Position numbers and translations under genes: made by a program. This document shows positions 35,720 to 49,565 of a DNA stretch of 53,175 nucleotides, one piece after another. The notes under the pieces were generated by a model, which ran no database searches, was not told where the DNA came from, and was given only the letters and a program-made list of their open reading frames with translations. How positions within the stretch are numbered: position 1 is the first letter of the stretch; each line of letters begins with the position of its first letter. This DNA comes from Sarea resinae. Lineage: Eukaryota. The stretch covers positions 1-53,175 of the forward strand of contig JAPEUD010000107.1 of assembly GCA_026026165.1 (NCBI GenBank). Reading direction: 5' to 3'.

Positions 35720-37492
35720 CTATATAACGGGCGAAGTCTCCCGGTGCGGCTGGATCGTCGACGACGCGCCACCGCCACTGGCTAGAAGCTCTAGACGGCC
35801 GGCGAGCATGCGATGTTTACGGAGAGCGTCGATCCATTCTACTTCGTCTTCTTCTTCGTGTTCTCGTTCTTCCGTGTTGAGGTTGCTGACGCCGCCGTGG
35901 GAATTCTTGTTTGGCCCTCCGTCTTTGTCTTTGTCTTCCTCTTCCTCTTCCTCTTCCTCCTCATCTTCATCTTCATCTTCATCTTCATCTACATCCTCTT
36001 CCTCCTCCGCCCCTTCATCCCCACTACCCGTATCCTCGAGCTCAGACAACACCATACTAAAGTCGCCACCCAACCGGCCCAGGCTACCAGCCGCATACAG
36101 CACCTGCGTGAGCAGACTGTCACGCGCGGTCCTGTCGCGCACGTTGGGGAGGTATTTGCGGAGCGTGGCCGCGAGCAGGTCGACGAGGTGCAGGGGAAAG
36201 GTGGCGAGGGCAGGGGGCAGAGGCTGGAGCGGATCTGGTTGTTCTCCTTGTTCGTTTTCTGAGGGTGGAGATGGAGACGATGGCTTTGTTGCGCTGGGTG
36301 GTTTGGTGGTACTGGGGGGATGGTGTCCTGTTTTCGATGGCAAGGACGGCGACGGCGATGACTGAAGCTTACCGTTGGCCTTTGGTTTGGGTTCGTCGGA
36401 GGAGGCGGCGGCGGCGGCGCCTTGGCCCAGGGAAGACGCTGGGAAGATGCTTTTGTACATGGCGATGATGGCGAAACTCTGTTCTCGGAAGATTTCAATG
36501 TACCGCTTTAGATAGCGCTCCGTCTGCTGCCCGCCCGACCAGTCAGTAGTCGCTGGAGACTCCTTCGACTGCCGTTTCGTGACTTGTGCCCTCCTCTCGC
36601 ATTCCTGGTCGGCGAGCTCGCGCAGTGGCTCCAGCGCTTCGAGCATGGCGACCAAGTTCGCCAGCCGGCATACCAGAAACAATGCCCCTAGCGACCCCTC
36701 GTGGCCCCCGGTCGTGAGGCCCTTCTTCTGGAGGTGGCGGACACTCGCGTCGTCGAGCTCAGGTGCCACGCGACGGAGCCACCCGATCGTGCGCATGCCG
36801 CCTGCGAGCTTGACGCCTTGGGTGCGCAGACTGGCGATCAGATTCGTAGCCATGCCGCGCATTGCATCTTCGGATTGTAACGATACAGTGTTGATGAGGG
36901 CCGAGGACGGGTAGAGCGTGTGGAGGCGCTTGATGTGGGCGTGGAGTTCGAGCGCCGAGGCGTAGTTGGCAGTTGCGGAGGCATTGGTCGTGGATGATGG
37001 GACGTTGTTGTTGTTGGAAGAAGACGATGAAGAGATAGCGGAGGAGAGGAGCGTAGGCAGCTCTAGGATGTCGGACAGACGGTCGACGTTTCGGGCCAAG
37101 AGCATGGCTTTCTTCCGTCGGTCGAGGAGCGGGTTTTCGGCGGATTTGCCGTAGGCCTTGGAGAAGCGCAGGCCCTCATCGTCGAGACACGAGATGTCAT
37201 GGTGGAGTTTGGACGTCGCGGTGGCGAGCTGGGGCAGGGAGGTGCGCAGGGTGGAGAGATGGTCGTCGGAGTCGATGACGGCTTTGAAGGAGCGCGTGGA
37301 GAGCGATTGGAGGGAGAGGGCGTAGGTGTGCGATGATTGAGACAGCGATTGCGGCTCCGATGATGTGAGAGACGCCAGCGAGAGGGTCGACAGGCGGGTC
37401 AGGTAGGTCGAGGTCGTGGTGGGGTCAGTGGCCGAAGGGGGAGATGGGAGATGGGGGAGGAGGATCTCGTAGAGCGGGTCGGCGTCTGCCAT
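35720..37492 (-). CDS. COG8: Conserved oligomeric Golgi complex subunit 8 (Dor1 family)
   Basis: Motifs LSDILELPTLL, YASALELHAHIKRL, RTIGWLRR, YLKRYIEIFREQSF, LLTQVLYAAGSLGRLGGDF. Single 590-aa ORF. Confidence 0.92.
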   Translation of the reverse strand: MADADPLYEILLPHLPSPPSATDPTTTSTYLTRLSTLSLASLTSSEPQSLSQSSHTYALSLQSLSTRSFKAVIDSDDHLSTLRTSLPQLATATSKLHHDISCLDDEGLRFSKAYGKSAENPLLDRRKKAMLLARNVDRLSDILELPTLLSSAISSSSSSNNNNVPSSTTNASATANYASALELHAHIKRLHTLYPSSALINTVSLQSEDAMRGMATNLIASLRTQGVKLAGGMRTIGWLRRVAPELDDASVRHLQKKGLTTGGHEGSLGALFLVCRLANLVAMLEALEPLRELADQECERRAQVTKRQSKESPATTDWSGGQQTERYLKRYIEIFREQSFAIIAMYKSIFPASSLGQGAAAAASSDEPKPKANGKLQSSPSPSLPSKTGHHPPSTTKPPSATKPSSPSPPSENEQGEQPDPLQPLPPALATFPLHLVDLLAATLRKYLPNVRDRTARDSLLTQVLYAAGSLGRLGGDFSMVLSELEDTGSGDEGAEEEEDVDEDEDEDEDEEEEEEEEEDKDKDGGPNKNSHGGVSNLNTEEREHEEEDEVEWIDALRKHRMLAGRLELLASGGGASSTIQPHRETSPVI

Positions 37493-37939
37493 GATTGAGC
37501 AGGTGGGTGGGTATATAGCAGTCGCTTCAGGGTGCCATCATATGGTCTGAGATATCTGGCAGAGGCTATCGTCGGCCCTCTTGTTGGAGAGTGAACCTGG
37601 TGTTGACGCTGAAGATGGTGGTGATGGTGGTGATGGTGGAGATGTTGAAGATGGGATGTTGCACCTTCAGGGTCTGGCGTATCTCGCTTCTTGCTCACCG
37701 CCCGGTAAGCGCTCGACAAACGGATAATTGTCCCTCGTCGTGATCTTCTTCGATCCAGACTCTTCACATGCAGATCGACCCATCGTTATCTCATTAGATC
37801 GTCAAACCCCCCTCCTTTCCCTCGTCCTCCTCGAGCAATTCGGAGACTTTCTTTCTTCTGATTCGCATTGCCGCCTTTGGAGATGTTCTAGCCGTACCCT
37901 CTACATCATCGTCATCATCATCACCGTCGAGACACAACA

Positions 37940-40900
37940 ATGTCCGCCGCCTCCGCAGCAGCCCCGCCCTCGGGGCACCCCCCAGTGCACGACAGACAAC
38001 CGGACCGGAAGCTGTTAGTAGGTTACAGATCTCACTGATTACCCAAAGGAGTCCTTCTGACGTTCTCTTTCCAAGTTCTTCGAAGAAGACATCTGCGCTC
38101 TCGCAACGGACCCGGACAAGATTGGCGTAATTGAGGCAAGTCGGGTTGAGCCAATTGATACCACTAATGAAATCGTCTGACCTTTGATAGCGGACCTGGC
38201 ATGATGTACGCTTTGACTCGTCTCTCTCTTCGGGGTCCAGATTCCCGACTGATTCCTGCTAGGTCGACGGTCAAGGCTCTTTCAGCGATAGAGATGAGAT
38301 ATGGCGCGACGACAGCGTTTTGCCCGCCTCTTACCTGGAGTTCCTCGCCACGGGATTGGTGAGCGAGCACTGCTTCATACCCCAGCCACGATAAGCTGAC
38401 CGGGGCAATAGCCTCCACGAGATCATGTTGTCATACATTTCCTCCCCATGGGCGACATCAGCATCGCCAATTTACTCATCCTTGAGTCCCAGCTTGTCCT
38501 CATCGATCGTCCTCTTTCCTTCGGCGACATTGTGAGACGCCATGATACAGATAGTATGAATGGCACTGTGATTCGGACGTCTGTGTCTTGTCTGTTGACT
38601 CCTGCCTTCCCAAAGGCTTTGGCTGATGGCAGCATGGCTGAAGCGTCGATGCCGCCCGATGGCGGCCTACTAACAAGCAAGGCATTCAATGGACTCTCAT
38701 ATTCGGTAGATGATGGGACTCCAAAATATGGTAACTTCTATCTTCACGACGTACCCTCAGAAGAGCTCGAGCGGGCGGATCAGTATCGGGAAGGAACTTT
38801 TATCATCTACGACGGATGGCTCGGAAAGGTTGAGGAGACGGTGGAGGAAGTGACTATTCGATTGCGTAACGGGAGCGTGGTCGCAGTCGAGAACGCAGAT
38901 GAGCTCGAGTTTCCCTTCTCTCCGGACGCTACGGAAAAGCCTCACGATCCAATGCCGGTCGGCCATGCCGTCGTTGGCGACTTCGTCTCGACTAAGAAGG
39001 GTAATTTGCGCCGCGGGTTATGGAAATTTGGCGCCTACGATCCTTCAATCCCGCCTCAAGGATACGTCTTAGAAGTACGAACAGTTGAACTTGCAGTGCA
39101 CTGGATATTTCACAACCTTCTCACTTCGTCAACGAGGCGTCTCCCTACGGACCCTCCGCCTAGTACTCTGGACCATGCATATCTTGATTCTGGCAATATT
39201 AAAGCGTATGACAGGAGTGTACGGCCTTCTTCACAGCTCGAACCGAAGAGCCAGACTATTGGATCATCCGCAGGGTCGACAATTGATATTGGAGATCAAG
39301 TACGATTTAGGGACCTGACCGGAGCATGTGTTAAATATGACGGAGAATCTTATGTAGAAGGTGGATGGCGCCAAGGAAAGCTTGTGAAGATACCGCGTAG
39401 TTTCTCGCAAGGCTACGACATCAACTATTTTTCGGTCGTCTCGACGAAAACAAAGGTCGCCGTCCTATGGCAGGATCTTTCTATCACCGAGGAAAACAGT
39501 ATCGATATTGCACCGTGCATCAACACGGATGACTTTGAAGTTTGGCCAGGAGATATTGTCGTCACCAAAGAAAGCCGGTCTGGGGAGACCGATCCGCTGA
39601 CCGGTAGTGGACCTACGGGCCCAGATGGAGTCTTTCAACCCAAAAAGGTTGGCATAGTGCAGTCCGTCGATTCCAAAGAGCGAATTGCTCAAGTTCGATG
39701 GTATGTCGACCCTACCATTGAATTGGTTGGTGACAGTAAGTCAATATTACTTCCGGGAGCTCGCACAGGTCCAATATCCGAGGATGTTGAGGGCGTTAGT
39801 TGTTATGAGATCATGACCTCCCCAGCCTTAAACAAACGACGAGGTGACTTTGTGCTCGTTGTTCCGGGTAGCCTGCAAACAGAGGACGATGGTCATGAAA
39901 ATACCGACCCTGCGGAGAGCACCGCCAACAATACGTTGATGAACTTACCGCGTCGGATATTAGATCAAGCTAGAGAGTTTGTCATGAGTGGGGGAGGAAA
40001 TATGCTTTTTGGGCAACTGTTGGCAAATACTGCCATCGTCTCACAGAATGGGGATTCTCCGAGCCAGAGCAGAAATGTTCCTCAACTCTCACCGGAAGGA
40101 AGCCTACCACCTGGTCTGACTTCAGGAGCGGAAGATCTGGCAGCTCAGGTCATGGCTATCCTCGCCCAGAACCAACAGGGGGACGCCATCGATTGGTTTG
40201 GGGAGATTGTTGATCTAGGCCTCGATGGTCGAGTGACTGTCAGATTCGGTGCGCTGGAGGAAGTTCGGGATGTTCACGTCCCACCCGAGATGATTACCGC
40301 TATTTTCAATCCTGATGATCCTGATGGAGATAGTGGGTACTTTTACTCGGATACTGAGTCTGATGGCTGGAGTGATGCCATGAGCGGTCTGGTGTATGAT
40401 TCGGACGATGTGATAGAAGAAATTATCGAGTACGAGGGCGGAACGAGACTGGATGGAGATGGAGGCGATGAGATGTGGCTGACTGACGAGGATGGAGAGG
40501 ATGCGGAGCATGCAAAAAAAGCAGAGGAAGCATCAGACGTGTCTATGGCGAATAGTGACGTTGGAGATGTAACAGCAGGCGTTCCGAAGGTGCAGGGAGA
40601 AACCGATGCGGCCGCAGAAACATCCACACTTGTCGACGAAGAAAACCATCCGGCCTCTAAACCTCTTTCGTCCGGGCCCGTTGCACCCCCAGCTTTTCAG
40701 GTCTTGGAGTCTGATCCGCCAAAAAACCACCCATTCCTAAAGCATACACCAAAAATGTCTACGGTTCTGATGCGACGCATTCAAAAGGAGCACAAAATAT
40801 TACAGACTTCATTACCCGATGGCATCTTTGTTCGCACCTGGGATTCGCGTATCGACTTGTTACGAGTTCTCATTGTTGGGCCAAAGAAGACGCCTTACGA

Positions 40901-41575
40901 ATATGCTCCCTTCCTCATCGACTTCCAATTCGGAGACAAGTTTCCAACCTCACCTCCGGATTCTCACTTTCATTCTTGGACCGAGGGCATCGGCCGAGTG
41001 AATCCGAACTTGTACGAGGACGGGAAGATCTGTTTGAGTTTACTCGGCACCTGGCCCGCCGACGGCAGGAATGAAAGCTGGTCTCCGGTTCGCTCAAGCA
41101 TGCTACAAATCCTTGTGAGCATCATGGGCCTGGTCCTGGTCAAGGAGCCATATTATAGTGGGTGAATCTCCTGTTGTTACCAGTACAATACTAACAGTCA
41201 GTAGACGAGGCCGGCTTCGATGTTTTGGTTGGAACAGAAGGGACTCGGGCCACATCTGCACAATATACGGAGAAAGCATACGTTCTGTCTCGCGGGTTCA
41301 TCACTTTTGCGTTGCGGCACACACTAGAGAGCTTTGATGACGTCAAACTGTGGCTTTACATCTCGCGCGCTGAAGCGGCTCCACGATTACTAGATGTCGT
41401 ACTGAACGAAGCGAAAGAAGTCATCAAACGGAGCGAAGCACCCTCCACTTCCGAAGCCAGGGTCGATGGCGAGACCGATGGGAAGAACCAGGATGGCATC
41501 GTCCGCGTTAGTGCCGGTGCGCTCGTACTTTTGCGCAAGCAGGTCACCGCACTGGAAGAGTTTCAATCTCTATGA
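37940..41575 (+). CDS. UBE2O: Large ubiquitin-conjugating enzyme, UBE2O/E2-230K-like
   Basis: C-terminal UBC domain (RRIQKEHKIL, GPKKTPYE, RVNPNLYEDGKICLSLLGTW, KEPYY). Small 5' exons from ATG 37940, main exon to ~41158, final exon ending TGA 41575. Confidence 0.9.
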
Positions 41576-42812
41576 ATCCAGCGAGGATAGGGCGTATTGG
41601 AAAAGGCACTGGGGGAAGCTGCTGATAATAGCACTTGCATCAAGGAATTGGTATTTGGTATTTGATATTCGGTGACGACGATAGAAGGCTCATTCTCGTA
41701 TGTCTTTTATGTCCTCAAGTTGTGGGATAGACTCGCATCATAGATTTAATATAGGTATTTAAATGATCTCCACGGTGCATGAGGAGTAAGTGCGTGTGCT
41801 GGCAATCGATTCTTAGGTAGTCAATATCCTCATGGCTTCCCCGGGGGGGGGTTCAATCCGACCTTTCCGGTCTGTCATGCTCATGGTACTCACCAAGCCG
41901 GAGAAGAAGGATCTATCTATAAATGGCGTGGAAATGGCAGAGGCGGGAAAGCTACCGCTGGGGACCGAACTGGCCGAAGTGGGGGGCCGAAGCTACGCGA
42001 GCATCCAAAACCATCAAGTGTCAGCCATCCATGGATGACGTCTCTTGAATCCTCTTTTGAAGGGGCTACAATTCGATGGCGGTGTGTAAGTGATTGATAG
42101 TCGGAAATCATGCAAGGAAGGAACCGTCGTCCATGGTCTTACGACTTTCTCGTCGAGAATTTGTCGATGTGTCGATGTGTTGATGTGTCAATGTGTCGAT
42201 GTCTCCTGAGGGAATAGATGGATGAGATGAGGCGCGGCTATCGTCGGTGTTGGCGATAAGGAAGAATTCTCCCCCGCCGTCTCTTTACTCGAGTAGTCTC
42301 CGCCTCCACCCTCCCCCATGCCCTCCACTCTCACCGGTCTCCGTGCGGCTCTTCCGCGCACAGCGCAAGCTCTTCACACAGCAGCGGCCAGACTCGGTTT
42401 CTCTTCGAAATCGTCGTCTTCTGCCGTCGGGATGGATAAACGTTTGCTGATCCCGGCACACGCGTTACCCGGTCCTCTCTAGTCGTCCTTCGTTTCCAGA
42501 CATCTCTATAACGCCAGGCCAGGCACGACTATTCCATCCGCCCTTCCAGCGTTCGGCCTTTCATCTGGACTCGCTCCACGGACGGGAGAAAGTCGGAAGA
42601 CGCTGCCAATGCTCCTGTTGGAACTGTCTCTATCACCATGGCGGTTACCCCCGGCAAGAAGGACTTGCCCCAATGCCTGCCTCAGAATACGTACGGATGA
42701 AGCGCTGGCTTGTCTCATCGGCATCTGAGAATCTCGAGATATAATAACTACCCTGTGGACGCCATGAAGACTCAAGTAGACCGCCGTCACTATTCCGCCC
42801 AAGAAATTCGAA

Positions 42813-44830
<2,018 letters not shown>

Positions 44831-45775
44831 CTGATTGATCGATCCCTTGATTAAGCCGTTTGTCATTTTCGTTCCGTCATATATATCATACTGGGGGCTA
44901 TTGTGGTTTCATTAGAAAGCAATCGGTCTTTGGAAGGATCTTTGTTTTTTCTGTTCGTCGGTTGGGGTAATTGTTGCCGCATCTGGTTTTTCTAACGAGG
45001 TCTTTGATGGTAATCGGGAACAGGACTTGGTATAGATGCATTCTCTCGGTATTAGCTCTCTCTTTGGCCCTCTAGCTCTCTCTTTGGCCCTCTCTCCCTC
45101 TCTCTGTCTGTGCCTAGGAAAGGAAAAAGAGAAACCTGTAAATTCGATATAAATTGCACTAGACCATTTTAGAGTGTAGATGCTCTCTAGTTTCTCTCTC
45201 TCTTTCTCTCTTTCTCTCTATCCTCTACTATCTGTTCCCGAAGAAAGAAAGGAAGTGTTTGAGAGAGAAAAAGAGACATGGTAATCTGTGTACCATACAA
45301 CACAGTCAGATATTATTAGATTTTGATCCATTCATGTTATGTAAGGTATGGAGTACTACGTAGTAGTACCACAATAGCACCATCCTCGGAGATGTACCTA
45401 TGCCGGTGTACCTCCACAACCAATTATGCTGGAGAAGTACCCGATAGGTAGTAGAAGCGATTGATCGTCCAACATGACATCGGTACTACTACTAATAAAC
45501 AATGAACCTTCAACAATGAATGGGGACCCTCTGACCTTCCTACCTGAGGGTCCAGACTGACTGACTGAGCGTATTAGCAAAATGTGAGATCAATGTGAGA
45601 TCTCTTCTCCCCTCCCAGCCGGCATCTTAGTTTGAGCTCATTTCATTCGTTTTCTTTTGATTCTCCCTCTTTGAAACCGCCGCGCGAAGGGGTACTAGTG
45701 AATGTGTGAAGTGTGAATGGCCTCAGTTCTCCGCCATCCTCAAGCTGTTTGCACCCCCTCCCTCGGAGCGCGGTC

Positions 45776-47338
45776 ATGGCGTCTCCGGCGGCACCCGCAA
45801 CCGCAACAAACGGCAATGGCAATGGGAATGTGAGCTTCGTTGATCCGGCCAAGACGGGCAGCTATCCCGTCATTCTGAGCGATAGACTGCTTGGCAAACG
45901 CGAGGGACCAGAGACGTTGACCAGTGTCATATGTGAGTGAGCGAGCTCTGGACTTCGCCAGTCCAGTCAAGAGCGAACGGTACTGACAACATAATCATCC
46001 GCAGACAACCATAAGCCAGATCAGACGGGCTCCTCTCGAGAGACGACCGTCACGCCCTCCTCAAAACATCGGGGCACCTACATTCTCTCCATCACCGACT
46101 CCGACGACAATGGCGGCTCTTACACGTACACCGGCCGTCAGAACCGCCCTTCCTCCGATTCCTACGTGCTGATCTTCGACCAGAACAAGCAGGCTTTCGT
46201 CCTCGATAGATTAGACGCCGAGTTTAAGTTCAACCTTGTTTCGGCTCCCTGGGAACGCGACGCAGAGAAGCTCTCCCGGCAGTATCCCCAACTAGACATT
46301 ACAGAGGGCGAGGCCGTGTTCGAAGATGAGCTCCTCGACGAAACGGTGGGAGCTGGGGCAGGAAGCGAGCTCGATGACCTGCCTGACCCAAATAATCCCT
46401 ACGACTACAGACATTTCCTAAACGCGAAACGCAGCCCTTCTCCCGAATTTCCCAACTCGAGTGCGGCGACGCCCAAGATGACACCCAACGTTCGAGCGAC
46501 TGCCCCTACCCCAACTACGCCCCGCTTCTTGGAACCTAATCCCCCGCGAGCGCGAGCACAGAAGAAGGCACCGCAACCACGCAAACCTAAAGCCAAGCCT
46601 GCGCCCAAACGGCCACCAAAGACCAAATCAGCAACTGCTACGTCGAAGTCTAAAGCGAAAGAAGTAGAAGAGATCGAGTTTGCCGATGGAGATGATAACG
46701 AGGACGGCGACGACGGCGGCCTCACTATCGAGCTGGATCCGGATACCAAGCCCAAACGACGCGGCCTCGGCATTGGGATCGGCAAGCAATTCTCCAGTTC
46801 TATGGCCGGGCGTCTCTCCGCCGCGGCTCCCATGTCCCTCCGTTCTGCAGCCAGTTCCGCCAGTCCCGCCAGTCGATTTGATAGTCCCGCAAGAGGACAG
46901 CAGCAGGCAGATGATAGCACTTCTTCAGACAGTGACGGCGAAAACGACAATGAGACTCCCGGTCAGCAGAAGATGGACTACGGGTTCGAAGGAGAAGACG
47001 CCGAGGCCGATGACGATGACGTCGACATGCTGGAGCTGCCTCCGCCGACCGTCACCGTCTCTACTGGACGAAGCCAAACGCAATCCGCGGCCGATGACGG
47101 TGACGCAGACGACGATAATAATGGCGATGGCGATGGCGATGGCGATGGCGATTACGATGACCTCGAAGCCGAGCTTGCTCAGGCATTGGAGTCACAGGAA
47201 GAAGAGGGCGATGGAGGATGGGAGTATGAACAGCAGGGACAAAGGATTGGTATGGGTGGTGAGGCCATGGTATTGAGTAGTTCGCAGCTTTCGCAGCAAA
47301 GACGAGTCGAGAGCGAGAGCGAGAGCGAGGAGGAGTAG
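45776..47338 (+). CDS. EAF (ELL-associated factor)-domain RNA Pol II elongation factor-like protein
   Basis: YPVILSD...YNHKP...YTYTG...VLIFD...FVLDRLDAEFKFNL, followed by a disordered acidic tail ending SESEEE. One intron ~45933-46003. Confidence 0.7.
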
Positions 47339-48223
47339 AAAGATGTCTCCATGCTTGGACACATGGATGGAGTAAGGAGCGACTGGGATCATGAGATCGG
47401 GCGTTTAATCATGTTGGAGCGCGAGAGGCAAGGGTATTTCATCTCAGGGAAGCGGGAGCAGGCGTTGCTTAACATTCACCTATACCTCTGTTTTTGGCAA
47501 TAGTTATCCTGTCATTTCTCACCTAGGAGGGTTCCCGTTCAACAGCGCAGTCACGTCCATTTTATAGCTGCATTTCTTGTTCTTTTCTTTTTTGTTCTCT
47601 CATATTAGAGCGCAGAGATTCTTGCGGTATGTGGGGAGCATAGTAACTATTTCGAATCATACAACTCGTTCCTGGCCCTTTCCCCCATAAACAGGTTACA
47701 CGAAAGCAGAACAAGCCTCTTAATCTCGACACGTACGCAGACGTCTGTTCTCTCAAGCACGCAATTGATACCGAGTGCTGCCACAGCACAGCGCCGCACA
47801 TGCCCACCACAGTCTCCACCACAACACTTCTCCCATTCCATTCCGTTCCATCATGTCTGATTTGGCCCGATTACCGTTTGGCGTCATTCGCACGGTCTTT
47901 CTTCGCTTCATCGGAAAAGGACATTTTGAAGAGCGTAACAATGGAGGCGCATATCTGAAAAGCGGTGTCTCTGCAATTAAGCGCGGGTAAATCTGGGTTC
48001 ATCCATCTTCTCATCGATCCTGGAATAGACATTCTGCATATGGATACCGCGTAAGCGTCCAATGACCCTTTCCTGATGGGCCCGCCTCGCTCTTGTGGAC
48101 TGCGATATCTTTCTTGGTGCCTTGTAGTCCTAGCCTCTTCATAGCCTCTTCCGTCCGTTCGAAAACAGCCTAGGCCATGCGTAGCGATACAAGCCGCATA
48201 AAATCTCATATAATTTTGCTCCT

Positions 48224-48847
48224 TCAATCGTCGTGGATGATGATACCAATCTCCTCCGGGTTATCGACTCGCGCCACGTTTTTTCCATCGCCATTACTCA
48301 TATTGCTAGCGACGGCCCTCCCGACTTGTCCGCCATCTGCAACGCCCACCGCATTCAACGGCACCTGGGCCTTGGTCTCCGCTCCATCATCCTCACTGCC
48401 CTTCCCTCCCTTGCCCTTCCTCGCCTTCATCTTCTCCCTCCTAGCCTTATTTTTGTTGGTCTTTCTCTCATCCCTGCGCCTCAGCTCCTCTTTCCTTCTC
48501 TCAAACTCCCCATCCTCCTTCTCGCGCCGAACCTCCTCATCCATAGCCCTCAGACGCTCGTACTCCCGCCTCCGACTAGCTTTATATACGTGGAATTCGC
48601 CGGAGCCCGCGCCCGCGCTCGAGCCTTGCACGTTGGCCACGATCTCCGGCGGTATGGCCGACGGTCTCGACAACGCGCCGCCCGATGATGAGGATGGCGG
48701 CAGCACGATTTCTCGGTCCGGCTTCGCGAATAACGCGTCAAGCTCGTTGGCTTGTGCGCTGATGGGCGTCAGGGCGCGCCGCTTGACGGGCCGTTTCGAG
48801 CGCGGGTCCGAGGATGTCGGCACGGATTCTGGAATTGGCTCCGACAT
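48224..48847 (-). CDS. PRKRIP1: PRKR-interacting protein 1 homologue (DUF1168)
   Basis: Signature PPEIVANVQGSSAGAGSGEFHVYKASRRREYERL; ATG 48847. Confidence 0.93.
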   Translation of the reverse strand: MSEPIPESVPTSSDPRSKRPVKRRALTPISAQANELDALFAKPDREIVLPPSSSSGGALSRPSAIPPEIVANVQGSSAGAGSGEFHVYKASRRREYERLRAMDEEVRREKEDGEFERRKEELRRRDERKTNKNKARREKMKARKGKGGKGSEDDGAETKAQVPLNAVGVADGGQVGRAVASNMSNGDGKNVARVDNPEEIGIIIHDD

Positions 48848-49565
48848 TGAGGTGGTTGTGCGTAAGCTGGTGTTTGCGTAGTGGGTCTCAACCTTCACTC
48901 AGTGAGGATGAGAGATGGCCTAGCCGAATACTTGCAATGAAGAGCAGAATAAAGACGATGTGGAGAAGTTGCGGGCGTTCGCAGAGAAAAAGCAAGATGA
49001 GGGCATCGCGCGGGCTTGAGCTCAACGGGAAGCTTCACGATGCGGTACGGCGTTCGACGGAGACAAAAGATGCAATGTCTAATTCACATGCATTCTCTAT
49101 GACGTCACGTATCGCCACAAACAGTTTCTGCCTATGAATATTCACAAAACAGTGCCATGCTAAAATACGAAATGGGCGAGGAAAGATTGCTTGAATTGCC
49201 TCCAGCGGCGAAGAGGGAGAACATGGAGGGCGAATGCGATCGTCGATGAAGCCTTCGGTGTAAATAAACAGCGATCGGTCCAACTCCGGCTTCACGTCAT
49301 CTTGCTACTCCGTACTCTGCCACACGGACACCAGGTGCGCAGCCAATATCGGACCACCAGCTCAGACCAGCTCATGTCATATTCGACGGCAAATCGCCAA
49401 TCTCTCGATATAACAGTCGTCCAGCTTAGAACACACAGACCTCATCATCTTCTTTTTCCGCACCTTCCTATAACTAATGCTTTGCGCCTCCGGTGGAGGG
49501 GCTTGAACATACGCTCTTCGTGATACTTTCATCATCACCACCATCACATCACCATTATCATCATC

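Noticed and set aside
42162..42202. 8-bp tandem repeat (TGTCGATG) x5
   Set aside because: Ordinary intergenic minisatellite with no evidence of function.
42691..42779. TPP riboswitch in the PDC leader intron
   Set aside because: CTGAGA is present, but the other conserved aptamer elements (GAACTTGAT...AATACCAGCG-like) are not.
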